Shown: positions 1 to 11,265 of the stretch, piece by piece
Position numbering within the stretch: the stretch's first letter is position 1
Layout: every line of letters begins with the position of its first letter
Source: Camelus ferus
Taxonomy: Eukaryota
DNA: 64,000 bases
Assembly (NCBI RefSeq): GCF_009834535.1
Contig: NC_045696.1
Location: forward strand, 66,900,001-66,964,000
Reading direction: 5' to 3'
Made by a program: the position numbers and the translations under genes
Notes under the pieces: generated by a model
Told to the model about the DNA's origin: nothing
Database searches by the model: none
What the model saw: the letters and a program-made list of their open reading frames with translations, nothing else

Positions 1-3000
1 GAGGAAACTGGAGGAGAAAGGAACTGTTAAGGCAATCTTTGGAAATCAGCTTCCTGGAGTCCAGAACAAGAAGGATGAAGGGTGGGTGTGGAGGGGTAAG
101 TGGAGGACACTCAACGCAGAACTACATCTGCCTTTATGTGACTGTATTTGACGAATAAAATCATCTCCTCTGTACGTTCACTGTCACCATCTCCCTGTCC
201 TTTGGGGATATATTTAGAAAACACAGTTAATAAAGTTGACCTTTAAGTTACTAAAGCACAAAATTCACAATCAATATGGAATTTACACAGGAAATACTTC
301 TTACTCATCCATACAGTGCTTTAACAGTTTAAACTTCTGAGTAGAGAGTGACTGAAAAAATAACTCAGAATCATTTTGCAAGTGGTTCAAATTGTCGTAT
401 GTTTTAGTTTCTCTTACTTTTAGCGTTCGGCTATCAGTGTTTCAAAATTTAATCTTGATTCAATTTTATCATTTTAACTAGTTGACTTGCAAAACGATAC
501 TTGGAAGAATTTAATCTTTCAGAATTACTTGGTTAAAGAAATGTATGTTAAAAACTAGGTGTCAATTCTAAAAAATGAAAGGATGCAAGAAGGCCCAATT
601 TATAACCCAAACAATAAATTAACGAAAGTTTAACTTCTCAAATGCCAAATTTTAGATTCATTTTGAGTACTTACCAATAAAAAATAAATAGAACTCATTG
701 TATATAGTTTTCATTTACAAGGAAATGATATCTTACCCTTGGGCTCTTCTTTATTGATTTTGGATATTTTCATCTATTTTTGTTAAAATTAAGCTAGCAG
801 TAAAATGACAAAACTTGTGATTTTTTTTTCCACCTTGTCTTCTTGTAATGGTCAAAAGCATTAAAGAGGAAATCTAAGCTTTATAGTTTAAGGACTCTTG
901 GTTTTCAGAAAAGCTTTTTGCAAATACTAAAGTAAATTAGCATTCATATCAAAGAACCACTAAATGCATAATATGCCAGTATGTTCAGGTGCAAAGGGAA
1001 AAAAAAAAAACAGAGGGTGAAATCTCAATTTTAACTGAGAGAGTGATTACCATCGCACTTTGAAATGTGTATTAAAATTGGCTTTTGGGGAATGGCATTA
1101 ACATTCAGTAATAAATGGTAATAGCATCTCTCATTTATTCTATTCTGTGATATAAGGAAATTCATGCATTAAGGTAGCTTAGAGTTAAAAATAATAGGAA
1201 ATCCTGTTCTTTCTGTTTTTTTTAATAACTACCTTTCATGACTTCTTTCTAAAGACAAGGTCAGGAAAAAGACAAATTTAACTATGTAGATGACTATGAT
1301 TATGGAATGATTAAATTTGGTCTTACTTAAAATAGATTTTGTAAACTGAGAACGGCAAGGGTTGTCTGCTTAGAAAAACCAGCTCAAACCCATTCACTCC
1401 TTAGGCATACAAGAGAATATCATTCAATTCTTGCTTTGACAAGGTACAGTATCTTAGCTTTCTTATAGTGGTGTTTCACTTATTCATTCCTTCATTTATT
1501 CACTGAGGGGTATAATCGAAAAGCAGCAAGAATTCAGTCCTTGAAATAGCTGACGAAACAGTTAAAGTATATGAGGAAAATATATGTTATTAAATATATA
1601 AGGACTATTGAGTTATATAAATGAACATTACAGCCATACCTTATTCATTTTTGTATTTCCAGTGCCTTACTCAGAGTAGATGATGAGCAGCAAATATTTT
1701 TCTTTAATTTGTTTGCCAGTTCAGTTTTTATGACAAATGAAAAGTGCATAATCTTGCCTAAAACAATTTATTTGGCAAATAAACGTTCCCTAGCACCCTT
1801 GCACCACAATCTCACAGCTCCCTGCGTCTCCCCCAAAAGTGGCACTCACCATGATAAAAGTTCAGGGATTCAGCAAAATTTAAAGCGTTTTGAAAGTACT
1901 AGTATGATTTTAAATTTTACCATCTGTTCAAAAACTGAGATATTTGCTCCATGAATTAACAGGTTGTTGAGACACTATGAAAAGCAATTTCCTCATGTGT
2001 TCATATTTACAGGCGTCTCTCATCAATCACTAGAAATACCTCTGGACAGAGGTGTACATGATTGACGTGTGGGTTGCTAGTCAATAGAAGAAAGTTTCTC
2101 CTGGAGCGGAGGTAGATCCAAGTACCTACTTTTAAAAAGCTGCCCTCCAGAGAAGCATTACACAGCGAATGTTTCCTCAGAACTATCCTCTTAGAAATAC
2201 TTATTTCCAAGATTTTGTTGGAATAGGCAAATTAGAGGCTGGAAAAAATGTTGAGAACTAGAAAATCTGCAGTGTTTCGCTCGTCATCCACCCACTCCCC
2301 AACTGCAAGGAAATCTAATTTTTGAGTTATCTAAGAACATCAAGCCCAGAGCCATTCATTTTTGCTAACATTGCTGTCCGTGGCACACAGCAAGGCAGGA
2401 ATCAAATCATCGCATTCCAACCTGGAAGACCACAATCATGCTTCCTCTCTCTCTTTCTTTCCTTTTTCTCCCTCTCTTGTCTTACTTTCTCCACCATTCC
2501 ATTTCCATTTCTACCTCACTCTTCCTCTTGGGCTTTCTCACACAGCCCACCAGAAACCTCCCAGGAAAAGAAGCTAAGTCTCCATAGTTCACATGAATGT
2601 TTACATGGTGACAAATCATATTCACAAATGAAAAATCACACATCTTCCTTAACTGCCTGGGCAACTCCACAGTGATCCCTGGCCAGGGAGCCCCCTCCAC
2701 TGTGGGACTGAGGCTCTACCAAGCACCCGTGGTGAATGACAAGTTAACCCCTTTGGAACCACACCATTTTCAACACTCAGAGGACCTCCCTCATTAGTCT
2801 TATAAAATAAAGTATGAAATTCCAACGTCAGATCTCATGCTGTTAAATTAACAACATCACACCACGACATAACGACCTGAATTTCTCCCATAACTTTATG
2901 ACTGGAAAACACTCTTCACGTTTCATTTACCAGTTTAAAAATAGCCAACTCTAATTTGAAACACACACACACACACACACATCGTGCAGGCTCCCTAATA

Positions 3001-3593
3001 TCCCCTTTTAGTGCTAGGCAAATGTTTCTTCCTATAAACAGAAAGAAAATTCAGTAGCATCGTAAGTTTTTAAAAGTCAGATTTGTCAAAAGATGATGTT
3101 TGTTGTCAAACAAATCAAGAAGAAAATATGCCACAGAGCCAAAATGACAAGCCACAATCTGTTTGGTATAACAATGGCTATTTATCTATTTTTTAAGGAA
3201 GGGATGCATCAAAATTATTGTGTTTATTTTGGCAGGAAGAACCTCCACAGGCTAATCCATCCCCTGTCCAATGAAACGTCTTCTTCTTGGGTGGGTGAGG
3301 GCTGAGCCAGGCAAGTAACAGATTTTAAACATCTTAAAATGGTATGACAAGTTTTTTAAGAAACCATGGGAAGACTGTCTTCAAACTTTGTCACTTGGTA
3401 GATCCGGATAGGAACTAGAAAAGAACATTAGAAAAGATGCCCACAGACCACTTTAAGTCCACAGAAAGTCCAAAATAACATCACCGCGCTCATAAATGAG
3501 GAGAGGTTGCTCTTTGCACCAGGCAGAAGCACTCGTCATACACAAGGCACTCCGATTAAGCTTTGAGAGAAGTTACGTCACGTTTAAACTCAC
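1..3593 (-). other. TP63: Start of TP63 intron 1
   Basis: Follows the gtgagt donor. No exon 2 sequence (FVETPAHFSWKESYYRS) is seen in the window. Confidence 0.9.
2961..2980. repeat. (AC)10 microsatellite
   Basis: Directly visible. Confidence 0.95.
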
Positions 3594-3655
3594 CGCTGGA
3601 TGTAAGGGTCGGGACAGTACCGTAGGGTGGCACACCGTGAAGTTTCAAAATTCAT
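3594..3655 (-). CDS. TP63: Tumor protein p63, exon 1 coding part (TA*p63 N-terminus, 62 nt, phase-2 donor); the rest of the gene lies beyond the left edge of the window
   Basis: Minus strand reads ATG AAT TTT GAA ACT TCA CGG TGT GCC ACC CTA CGG TAC TGT CCC GAC CCT TAC ATC CAG CG|gtgagt = [21 protein letters not shown]. This matches the recalled human/mouse TA*p63 start [21 protein letters not shown] at 20 of 21 residues, with the expected 62-nt length and a canonical donor at 3588-3593. Confidence 0.97.
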
Positions 3656-3782
3656 TGCCTTCAACTCTCTTTGATATCAACAAGTGGAGAACAATTTTAT
3701 AACATATACACATCTACCTGTGTATATGTAGATATAGAGCCAGGAGGCTAAAAGCAATAGGGTCAAATGCTATCAGACATAG
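3656..3782 (-). other. TP63: 5' UTR of TP63 exon 1 (TA transcripts); TSS approximate
   Basis: CTATGTCTGATAGCATTTGACCCTATTGCTTTTAGCCTCC...GTTGATATCAAAGAGAGTTGAAGGCA-ATG closely resembles the recalled human TAp63 mRNA leader. Confidence 0.8.
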
Positions 3783-4330
3783 AAGTGTAGACAATTCCCC
3801 CCCTTCACACACAGTTGCCAAGAGGCGGAGCGTTTCTTGATTTGAGCCAATGAGATTCATCAAGTGACTAAAACATCAGAAACGGTTGAATCTTACCAGC
3901 TGGGCATCCTCTCTAACGTTGTTCTTTCCCTTCCACGACAGCTTTAGAGTCCTTGACGTATAGTGGCCACACTTGCTGGCAACTTGGAGTCATCTCTGAG
4001 CTTCTGGTCTCTCTGGTGATTGGATGCTGGCATGAATGGCATCAGAGTTTAATTTCAGCAGCCTGGACTTTCAGAACAGAGCAGAGCAGATGAGTGTTCA
4101 CCCTCTCCAGCTAATTAATGTTCCCTTGGATCTGCATGCTGATTTGATTTGACGACTTCTGTAACTGCTTCTGGAACTAAATATCTCACAGAGCTGCTTA
4201 GAGAGTTGTTTTGTTTTGCTGTTTTTTTTTTTTTTTTCATCTCCACCTTCACCCTCCCCTTTCCCCCCTTCATTCTCCCTTTCAGCCAACCGCCTGTTGT
4301 GGTCACAATCTCAAATAGCAAAGACAGGGA
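3783..4330 (-). promoter_or_regulatory. TP63: TP63 TA (P1) promoter region
   Basis: Repeat-free sequence directly upstream of exon 1. GC-box-like GAGGCGGAG at 3822-3830, CCAAT at 3847-3851 (inverted relative to the gene) and 4019-4023, CRE-like TGACGTA at 3954-3960. No CpG island. Confidence 0.75.
3897..3907 (-). CDS. TP63: Alternative upstream first exon of TP63 (coding part ATG CCC AGC TG, MPS[C]-, TA1-type isoform)
   Basis: AGG-ATG (A at -3) followed by a strong CTG|gtaaga donor at 3891-3896 in the same phase (2) as exon 1. Joining to exon 2 would give MPSC-FVETP. An MPSC N-terminus is recalled for rat TA1 p63/KET isoforms. Confidence 0.7.
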
Positions 4331-5447
4331 AATTCCTTGATTATATTTAACCTAGAACTCACTCTTCGTCTCAGCTAAAAGAGATACCCATTCACATCCC
4401 CTTAGAAGTTTTGCCTCCCCTAAATTAAAAAACAATAAGAATAACCTTTATTGAGGCTTTTAAAATATCCTACCTCAAACACACACACACAATTTCTTAA
4501 ACTAATATTAAAGTGGAAAATATACTATTTTACACTATTTTGAAACTTACAAAATTATTTCAAATTGTCTGTTACTGAAAACGTTTCATTTTCCTCTCTC
4601 TCAGTCCCTCTCACCCTCTTCTTTATGTCGTATTGTTTTTGCTGGTTTTGGTTTTGCTTTGGCTCAAGCTACTTTGGAGTAAAAACTGTTGTCTTTCGTA
4701 TATCTAAAAATTAATATAGTATCAAAAAAGTCTACATACAGAATAATTCACTTCCTTTATGAATACAAGCTGTAAACCTATCCTGGTTTTGTGGATTTGG
4801 AAATTGAATGAAATATGATTCAGAAGCTAAATTAAAATAGACTCCAACAGAAAAAAAAAACAAAACACAACCCTGTAAGTGTGCCCAAGTGTCACTAACA
4901 CGGCAAGTTCACATCCTCCACTCACCCCCCAATCACAGGTCACCTATAACCTGGTGACATCAGAAGTTGTCAAAGTTGTGAGATAATCTAAAGTCCTTTT
5001 CAGAGGAATTTGACATTTCCTTTTGAGAAATTTTGGTTCAAAATGCATCTCATAAAAATATTTTATTTGTTGCTTCAGCCAGGATAGAAAAGAGAAGCTA
5101 TTTAAAACCTGACATTCTCTTCCTTACTTAGCCTGAGAGTGTCTAACATCTGTGAATTGTGAAATTCACAAATATGCCGGCCTGAGCCCCAGCCAATTCA
5201 AACAGCTTGTTCTACAAAACGGGAAACTTGAGGGAAGATCATTTTACTAATTAATTATAGATTTGTTAATTGGAGTTAAAGTGTTTGGCTTTATTCCCTG
5301 CTATTGGCAAATACGGATGACCGGAGTATACAGCGTTCTTAAATTGAAAATGCTCCGTTTCCTTCGACCACGGCCAAGTTGTTCCATCACTCAGTGCCTT
5401 GCTTTTTCCCATTTGTACCACGAGAGGTGAGATCATGACCTCTAGTG

Positions 5448-5583
5448 CGGTGCTTCTCAAATGTGGGTGCACCTGTGAGTCACCTGGAACTCTTGCTAAT
5501 GCAGGGTCTGGTTCAGTCGGTCGGGGGTGAGCTCCCAGGCGATGCCCGGGCTGCTGGTCTGGCATACCCTTTGAGTAGCAAGG
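5448..5583. mobile_element. MER5A-like hAT-Charlie MITE
   Basis: CGGTGCTTCTCAAA...CTTTGAGTAGCAAGG termini, with degenerate CTAG-centred 8-bp TSD. Confidence 0.75.
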
Positions 5584-6914
5584 CCTAGCGCTCTGGACAA
5601 GCCTGCTGTTTATTTACTGCTAGGAAATAAGCAGAGCTCTTCTAAATATTTTAAATCACCAGCAGGGGCTTTAGACTCCCAAATACAGGATTAATTTGCA
5701 AATATTCCTTACATCTTTTTCATTTCAAAAGGTTTCTAGCCCCATTTATAAAGAAGACCATTTAAACCGTATGCCCTGACATCAATAGTCATTGTTTTTT
5801 AAAAAAAAAAAAACCCTAAATTTACTAAGGGGGACGGGTATTAAATGGCAAAAATTTATATAAATAATTATGAAAAATACTGATTCCTCTTGCATTGTGG
5901 AAATAAATGCAGACAGCTACCCTAACCAAGGGCAAAAGCAAACTCTTTAGGGTTCAACAACCTACCAATAGCACACAGCCATCCAGCGCCTGGGAAAGTA
6001 AGTGACAACTATCCCATAATCATCATAATTGCCACTTATATTTATATTACATCCCTCTTCACCCGGGGGGCTCAGGTTACTGTAAAAATGTATAAAATAT
6101 TTCTTTGGTGTGCAAATTAGAGGCTTTTCTAACACCTTCCTTAAGTCTTTTAGGCAGAGATTGTAATAGAATAAGGTACACATTAGCCTGGGAGAAAGCA
6201 ATTGCCTTTCTGACCATGACTCACAACTTTGAATGGTGTTGTTTGTGAAGATTTTTGATTCGCATGAAGAGGAGGAGAAAATAAAAAGCTTAGGGAAACA
6301 GCAGCATTTAAGACCTGGAACTCTGGACATAATGTGAGATAAAAGGACACTTTCTCCTTCCAGTGCCTCGCAGGTGTACACTTTGCCAAACTGAGGTATT
6401 CAAAACACAAAACCCTTCTCATGTATATCCATGTGAATTATTTCTTAACTGCTCCCCTTCATGTGGTCTATTTCCTGGGTTGCATAGTTTTCTGGTAGCG
6501 CCCCTGCCCTGCGTTGCATTTTGTCCTCCATCCAGAATGTTTTTAAACCCTGCGAGCATACATCTGCATCTCACAAATATGTCAAAGAACAGGAAGCTTT
6601 TCTCATCCTTCCAGGTAAAAGGAAGCTGCCCTACCTCTAATGTCTTAAGTCATTTGATTTTCAATTCTATGAGGGCACCTGCTTCTTTCTTCCTGAATTT
6701 GAACTATTTTTGCATTAGACCCATCTCCTGTACTGAATCATAAACAACTTGAGGGTGGGTGTGCTATCTGATTCATCTCTGTATTTCCAGAGACTAGCAA
6801 AATATGGTCCGGTGGACAAATAACATGTTTATTATCTTTGTAAAGATGATCTACTAATTATTATAAGCAGGTAAAAAAGAACTTCCACAAAGCCCTTGAC
6901 TTCTTAGAACCAAC

Positions 6915-7480
6915 GTCATTTAGATATAATTTGCATGCAATGGAATTCACTAATTCTAACTGTTCCATTTGAGGGATTTTGACATATTATATACTGTGTA
7001 GCCCCCACCCCAACCAAGATAGAGAATATTTCATTACCCCCTAAACCCCTCATTTTGATTACCCCCAAATGCTCCCCTTTGCAGTTAGTCCTTCCTCATC
7101 ACTGGCCCTAGACAGTCTTTTTTTTTCATTATGTGTTAGATGTTTTCTAGAACAGCATTATCCAATAGAACTTCCTGTGATGAAGGAAATGTTCTCTATT
7201 TATACTAACATGGTAGCCACTAGCCACATATGGCTGATTTGTCTGAGAAACTACATTTTAATTTTTATTTAATTTTAGTCAACTTACATTTAAATAGCCC
7301 ATGTGGCTAGTGGCTACTGTGCTGGACATCACTGTGCTAGAATGTCACATAAATCGAGCAGGTGTTCTTTTGTGTCTTGTAGGTTTTTTACACTCAACAT
7401 ATTGTTTTTGAGATATACCCATGTTGTTAAGTATGTCAATAACTTGTTCTTTTTTTTTTTTTTTTTCATCGCTGTTGAGC
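6915..7480 (-). mobile_element. Old L1M 3' fragment, interrupted by MER3
   Basis: Antisense L1 3'-UTR motifs (...agaatatttcattacccc...; ...ttgagatatacccatgttg...) on both sides of the MER3. Confidence 0.7.
7153..7334. mobile_element. MER3-like hAT-Charlie MITE
   Basis: CAGCATTATCCAATAGAAC...GTGGCTAGTGGCTACTGTGCTGGACATCACTG with 8-bp TSD TTCTAGAA (7145-7152) / TGCTAGAA (7335-7342). Confidence 0.85.
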
Positions 7481-7792
7481 TTGTGGATTGCTCCTTTTTT
7501 TTTTTTTCATTATTAAGGACAAATTATGGTCTCACATCTTCAATTATGGCCAGAAGCAGAAAGCTAATGAGTTCATAAGAGCTCAATCATAACTCATCCC
7601 GCAGAGTCCCACAGTGACGTGGGGTAGCTCGGTCCCTCCAAGGCTGCCGCAGTCCTAGACAAGGCAGCGATGTGACAGAAAGAAACTTACTAACCCAGCT
7701 CTAGTCTGGGCCCTGGCCCCAGCTTCCTCCCTGACTTTAGCAAACAGCCTTTTTTCTTCGGGTCTTACATTCTTGATCTTTAAGAGGAAGGA

Positions 7793-8233
7793 TGTACCAG
7801 TGAGGATTCTTCTGTTATTAGTGATAGAAACTAACTCCAGGCTAAATAAAGCTAAAAATATGAAAATAGGTTAAAAATAGGAAAATCTACAGACTGGAAG
7901 AGAAAGATGAAAAACAAGATTTGGGAAAGGGCTGGGACCAGAGAAGCTCCAGGGCTCTAAGCAACAGGCATGAACAGAGTCCCTTCATAGTGCCACCGTA
8001 GGGGTGCGTCAGACCCAACGGTTTTTTATTTTTTATTTTTTTGAACTTGAGTCGTTTACCTTAAGATTCAAATTCTCAGAAACAAGAGGACAGGTGTGGC
8101 CAGCAGAGGTCTGAACACCTTGATTGACAGCTCCACCGAGACTGGGGCAGAGAGTTTCCAAAAGAAAACAGTTTCTATTAAGCTAAGGAAAGGGCAGTAG
8201 GCTCAGGGCAATTGAAAACAGCAGATGCCACCA
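7793..8233 (-). mobile_element. Old MLT1-family (MaLR) solo LTR
   Basis: tgtaccagtgaggattcttctgttattagtgatagaaactaactccaggct resembles the antisense 3' end of old MLT1 LTRs. Confidence 0.55.
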
Positions 8234-9134
8234 TGCGGGGCTTAAAGTGGACGACCTCGCACATTCCTTAGAGCTCTGGCTGTTGGTGGCTCTGTGATTG
8301 GAGAAGCTGAATTTCTTGTCGGGGTAACTGAACCTCAGGTCCTCTCCATCTTGACCGTCCTCTCTTTTGTAATACAGGGATCAGAAGAGAATCTTCTAGC
8401 ATCAGATGTGCTGGAGTAATGAATTCATCCTATGTCACCACAACCGAAAGGACTGAGGAGTTTGGTGATTTCTAGTTTTAAGACCCTTTTCTGTACATGA
8501 CTTCAGTTCAACCCCACGATCTCTGATTTATAGAAGTAGAAACCAAGTTCTGTTTTGAAGAGGATCCTGCTAGGCCTTCCAACGTTGTGCCCTGTGAATC
8601 TAATACTTGCTGAAGAGGGCATCCAGTCAGAGTCAAGCTGGGCCTAGAATTGAAGTGTGGTGGGTTAGGGTCAAATGCTTTTTTACATCAGTGGAAAAGC
8701 CAACGCAATGCAAGCTTGGCCACATGCTTCTTCTGAGTTGACTTCCACCTCTTTACAGGTCACTGGAATTCATCCAGTAGAAAAAAATGCATAAAGCTAA
8801 CGTCTCACAGTCTACTGAGAAGAAAGAAGATTCCTCAGGGAAGTGTCTGAGGAAAGGGACACCTCTATTCTCTTCAGAGGGCAGGCGAGGAAACACAGAG
8901 GCCGACTGGGGAGGGAGGAGGTTGGCAGTTTCCCTAACAGACAAACCTGATGCCCTCCGAGTCACACCCAGTGTCCTAGCGCAATGTGGGTGGGCTTCTT
9001 GTCCAGACATCCCTGAACAGCTGTGAGGGGGCTGCTCCTCACTCCCACCCCTCCTTTGCTCCGTGCCCACGTGAGTGAGAGATAAATAAGGAGACACAGG
9101 AAGTCCTTATTTGGCACCTTCCAGATTTTTGTTT

Positions 9135-10000
9135 TCCCCTGAACCATTTGTCAGTTGCAGATCCAGTGTACCCTCACTCTAAATGTCTGGGTGTGTATGA
9201 GACAATCGCTTACATAATCACAGTTTAATAAAGAAATGAAATTAACATTGATAAAATATTATCATCATCTCTACATATCTTACTTGGATTTTGCCAATTG
9301 TCCCAGGGATGTTTTTTTATAGCAAGAGAAAATCCTGGCTCTTACATCACATTCCACTAGTCCCTGTTTCTTTACCCTTTTTTATACTGGGAACCGTTCC
9401 TCTGTCGTTGTGTTACATGACGGATAGTTTTGAAGCATTCAAGCAAGTTATTTTGTAGAATATACCTTAGTTTAGCTTTGACTGATGTTTCCTCATACTT
9501 AGATTGAGTTATCTACTTCTGGCAGAAACATCACAAAATTGATACTGTGTCCTTCTTGTTACCAGGCAGGGTTCTTGGACTCCATAATCAATAGAAATTG
9601 GTAAGAGGCCAGACGAGAGAAGTTCAGGCAAGGCTTTACTGGGACTCGTGCTGCAGCACAAGGGAGTGAAAACAAGTAACAGGTGCCCTTACTCACTCCC
9701 TGTGGGGGGTTGGGGGGTAGCTGGTCCCGTAAACGGGGTGAGAATAGGAATGAATCCGTGGGTCGGGCTGGTGGGGTGGCTTGGGTGGTCTGCCCACCCC
9801 CTTGGTGCTGCTCTGGGCAGCATCACTTGCAGCACCCTGCTTCTGTTCCTGACACTTCAGAAGCCGCAGTTGGGAGTTTGGTCTTTTTGTATCTTGTTCA
9901 TAATTTGCCCCAACTGCACATGCACACAGTTATTTGTAGTCCCTTTTAGTTTCTTTGTATTCGGTCCCAGCCTGTCTCCATCTTAATGCATCATATCAGG
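9135..10000 (-). mobile_element. L1MC-type fragment interrupted by a solo LTR
   Basis: The L1MC-like motif gtgtccttct...tgcatcatatcagga is split exactly by the LTR at 9557-9980. Confidence 0.6.
9557..9980 (-). mobile_element. ERV1-class solo LTR
   Basis: TG...CA termini. Minus strand ends with AGTAAA poly(A) signal then ...caatttctattgattatggagtccaagaaccctgcctggtaaCA, typical of an ERV1 LTR U5. Confidence 0.75.
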
Positions 10001-10050
10001 AATTGCTCAGTTTATAAACCCCACCAAAGGGTTTTCCCCAGGCCTCATCT

Positions 10051-10775
10051 CAGGAGCAGGATTTACTGTGAATCTAATACAGTTTAAATGTCAAGACCTC
10101 TTCTTTGCATATACAGTCCCTTCTGAGGTCCTAAGAACTATCTTAGTACTATGTATACATGGTCATTATGTTTCTGTAAAATATACAAACATGAGGCATT
10201 TTAACTACAATCTTCTAATATTACCGTTTCTTTCTACTCCAATTTCTCCTTCATCACCATTCATCTCAAATAAATGGTGATAGAGAAGCCATGGGATTTT
10301 TAGGATCCAGCCAAGAGCAAGCTGAATAGCGGATCCTTTTAGTTTGAGTTTGGGGGTATACATTCATGTAGTCATAGTTAGGTTTGTGTAGAGTTACGTT
10401 ATCGCTACTCATCCCAGTATAAGAATAGCTTCCAAGAATACTCCTCCTGCCTATGGCACTAGGCACAGTGTCACTGAAGACCCAGGCTGGAGATTCACAT
10501 CACACTACGGGTATCCCCGACAGTCACTGTCATGGAAAATGTGTGACAAGTGCAGGAGAAACAGAGTTCAAATTGCACAGAGCCAGAAACCACTCTGCAA
10601 ACCTCTTCCTCCTGTTACCAGGCATGCAAACTTGTCAGCAGAGGAGTTAATATCAAAACCAGCTTTTCTCCAGTATTCAGCTCATTCAGTGATAAATACC
10701 TCACACAATGTTTTATCTTTTATGATAGAGATGCAGTAAATAGAACTTATCCTTATACTTGTTTTCCTGTGTAGG
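10051..10775. mobile_element. hAT-Tip100 DNA transposon relic (Zaphod/MER115-like)
   Basis: Begins CAGGAGCAGGATTTACTGTGAATCTAAT..., resembling the recalled terminus CAGGGGCGGATTTACCGTGAAGCTAAT, with collinear similarity for ~700 bp. Confidence 0.65.
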
Positions 10776-11054
10776 AACTGGAACGTGTGGCAGTGCTGCC
10801 AACAGCAAGTGTGTCTGGTCCGCCTTAGACTGGGGCTGCTGGGGACAGGGCTGTGGTAGACAGACACGGCTATAGACATGACGTGAAGATTCAGCTCTAA
10901 GATTCCATGATTCTATGACTACACTTGTAGGTTACATTTACATATAATCTACCTATTTATCTATCTACATGAAGTCTCCTTTTTCCAGAATAATTTGAGG
11001 TAGCTTATAAAATCCATAGACTTATAAGAAGATTTAAAAATACAGATGCAAGGT

Positions 11055-11265
11055 AACTAGGGGCAGAGAGGAGGAAATGGTGAGTTGTTGTTTAATGGGG
11101 ACAGGCTTTCAGTTTTGAAAGATGAAAAAAATTCAGAGGAGTCAACAATTTGAATAAAATCATTTGAATTTAACACTACTGAACTGTATATTTAGAAATG
11201 GTTATGCTGGTAAATTTTATGTTATGTGATTGTTTTTAACCACAATTAAAAGTTTAAAAAAATTA
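11055..11265 (+). mobile_element. L1MB-type 3' end
   Basis: ...gtttaatggggacaggctttcagttttgaaagatgaaaa...gaactgtatatttagaaatggtt...taaattttatgttatgtg followed by an A-rich tail. Confidence 0.8.

Noticed and set aside
2040..2125. Possible 86-nt minus-strand exon (tag|GTACTTGG...CCAGAG|gtattt)
   Set aside because: Weak acceptor tract and donor, no match to known TP63 exons, and a stop in the exon-1 frame.
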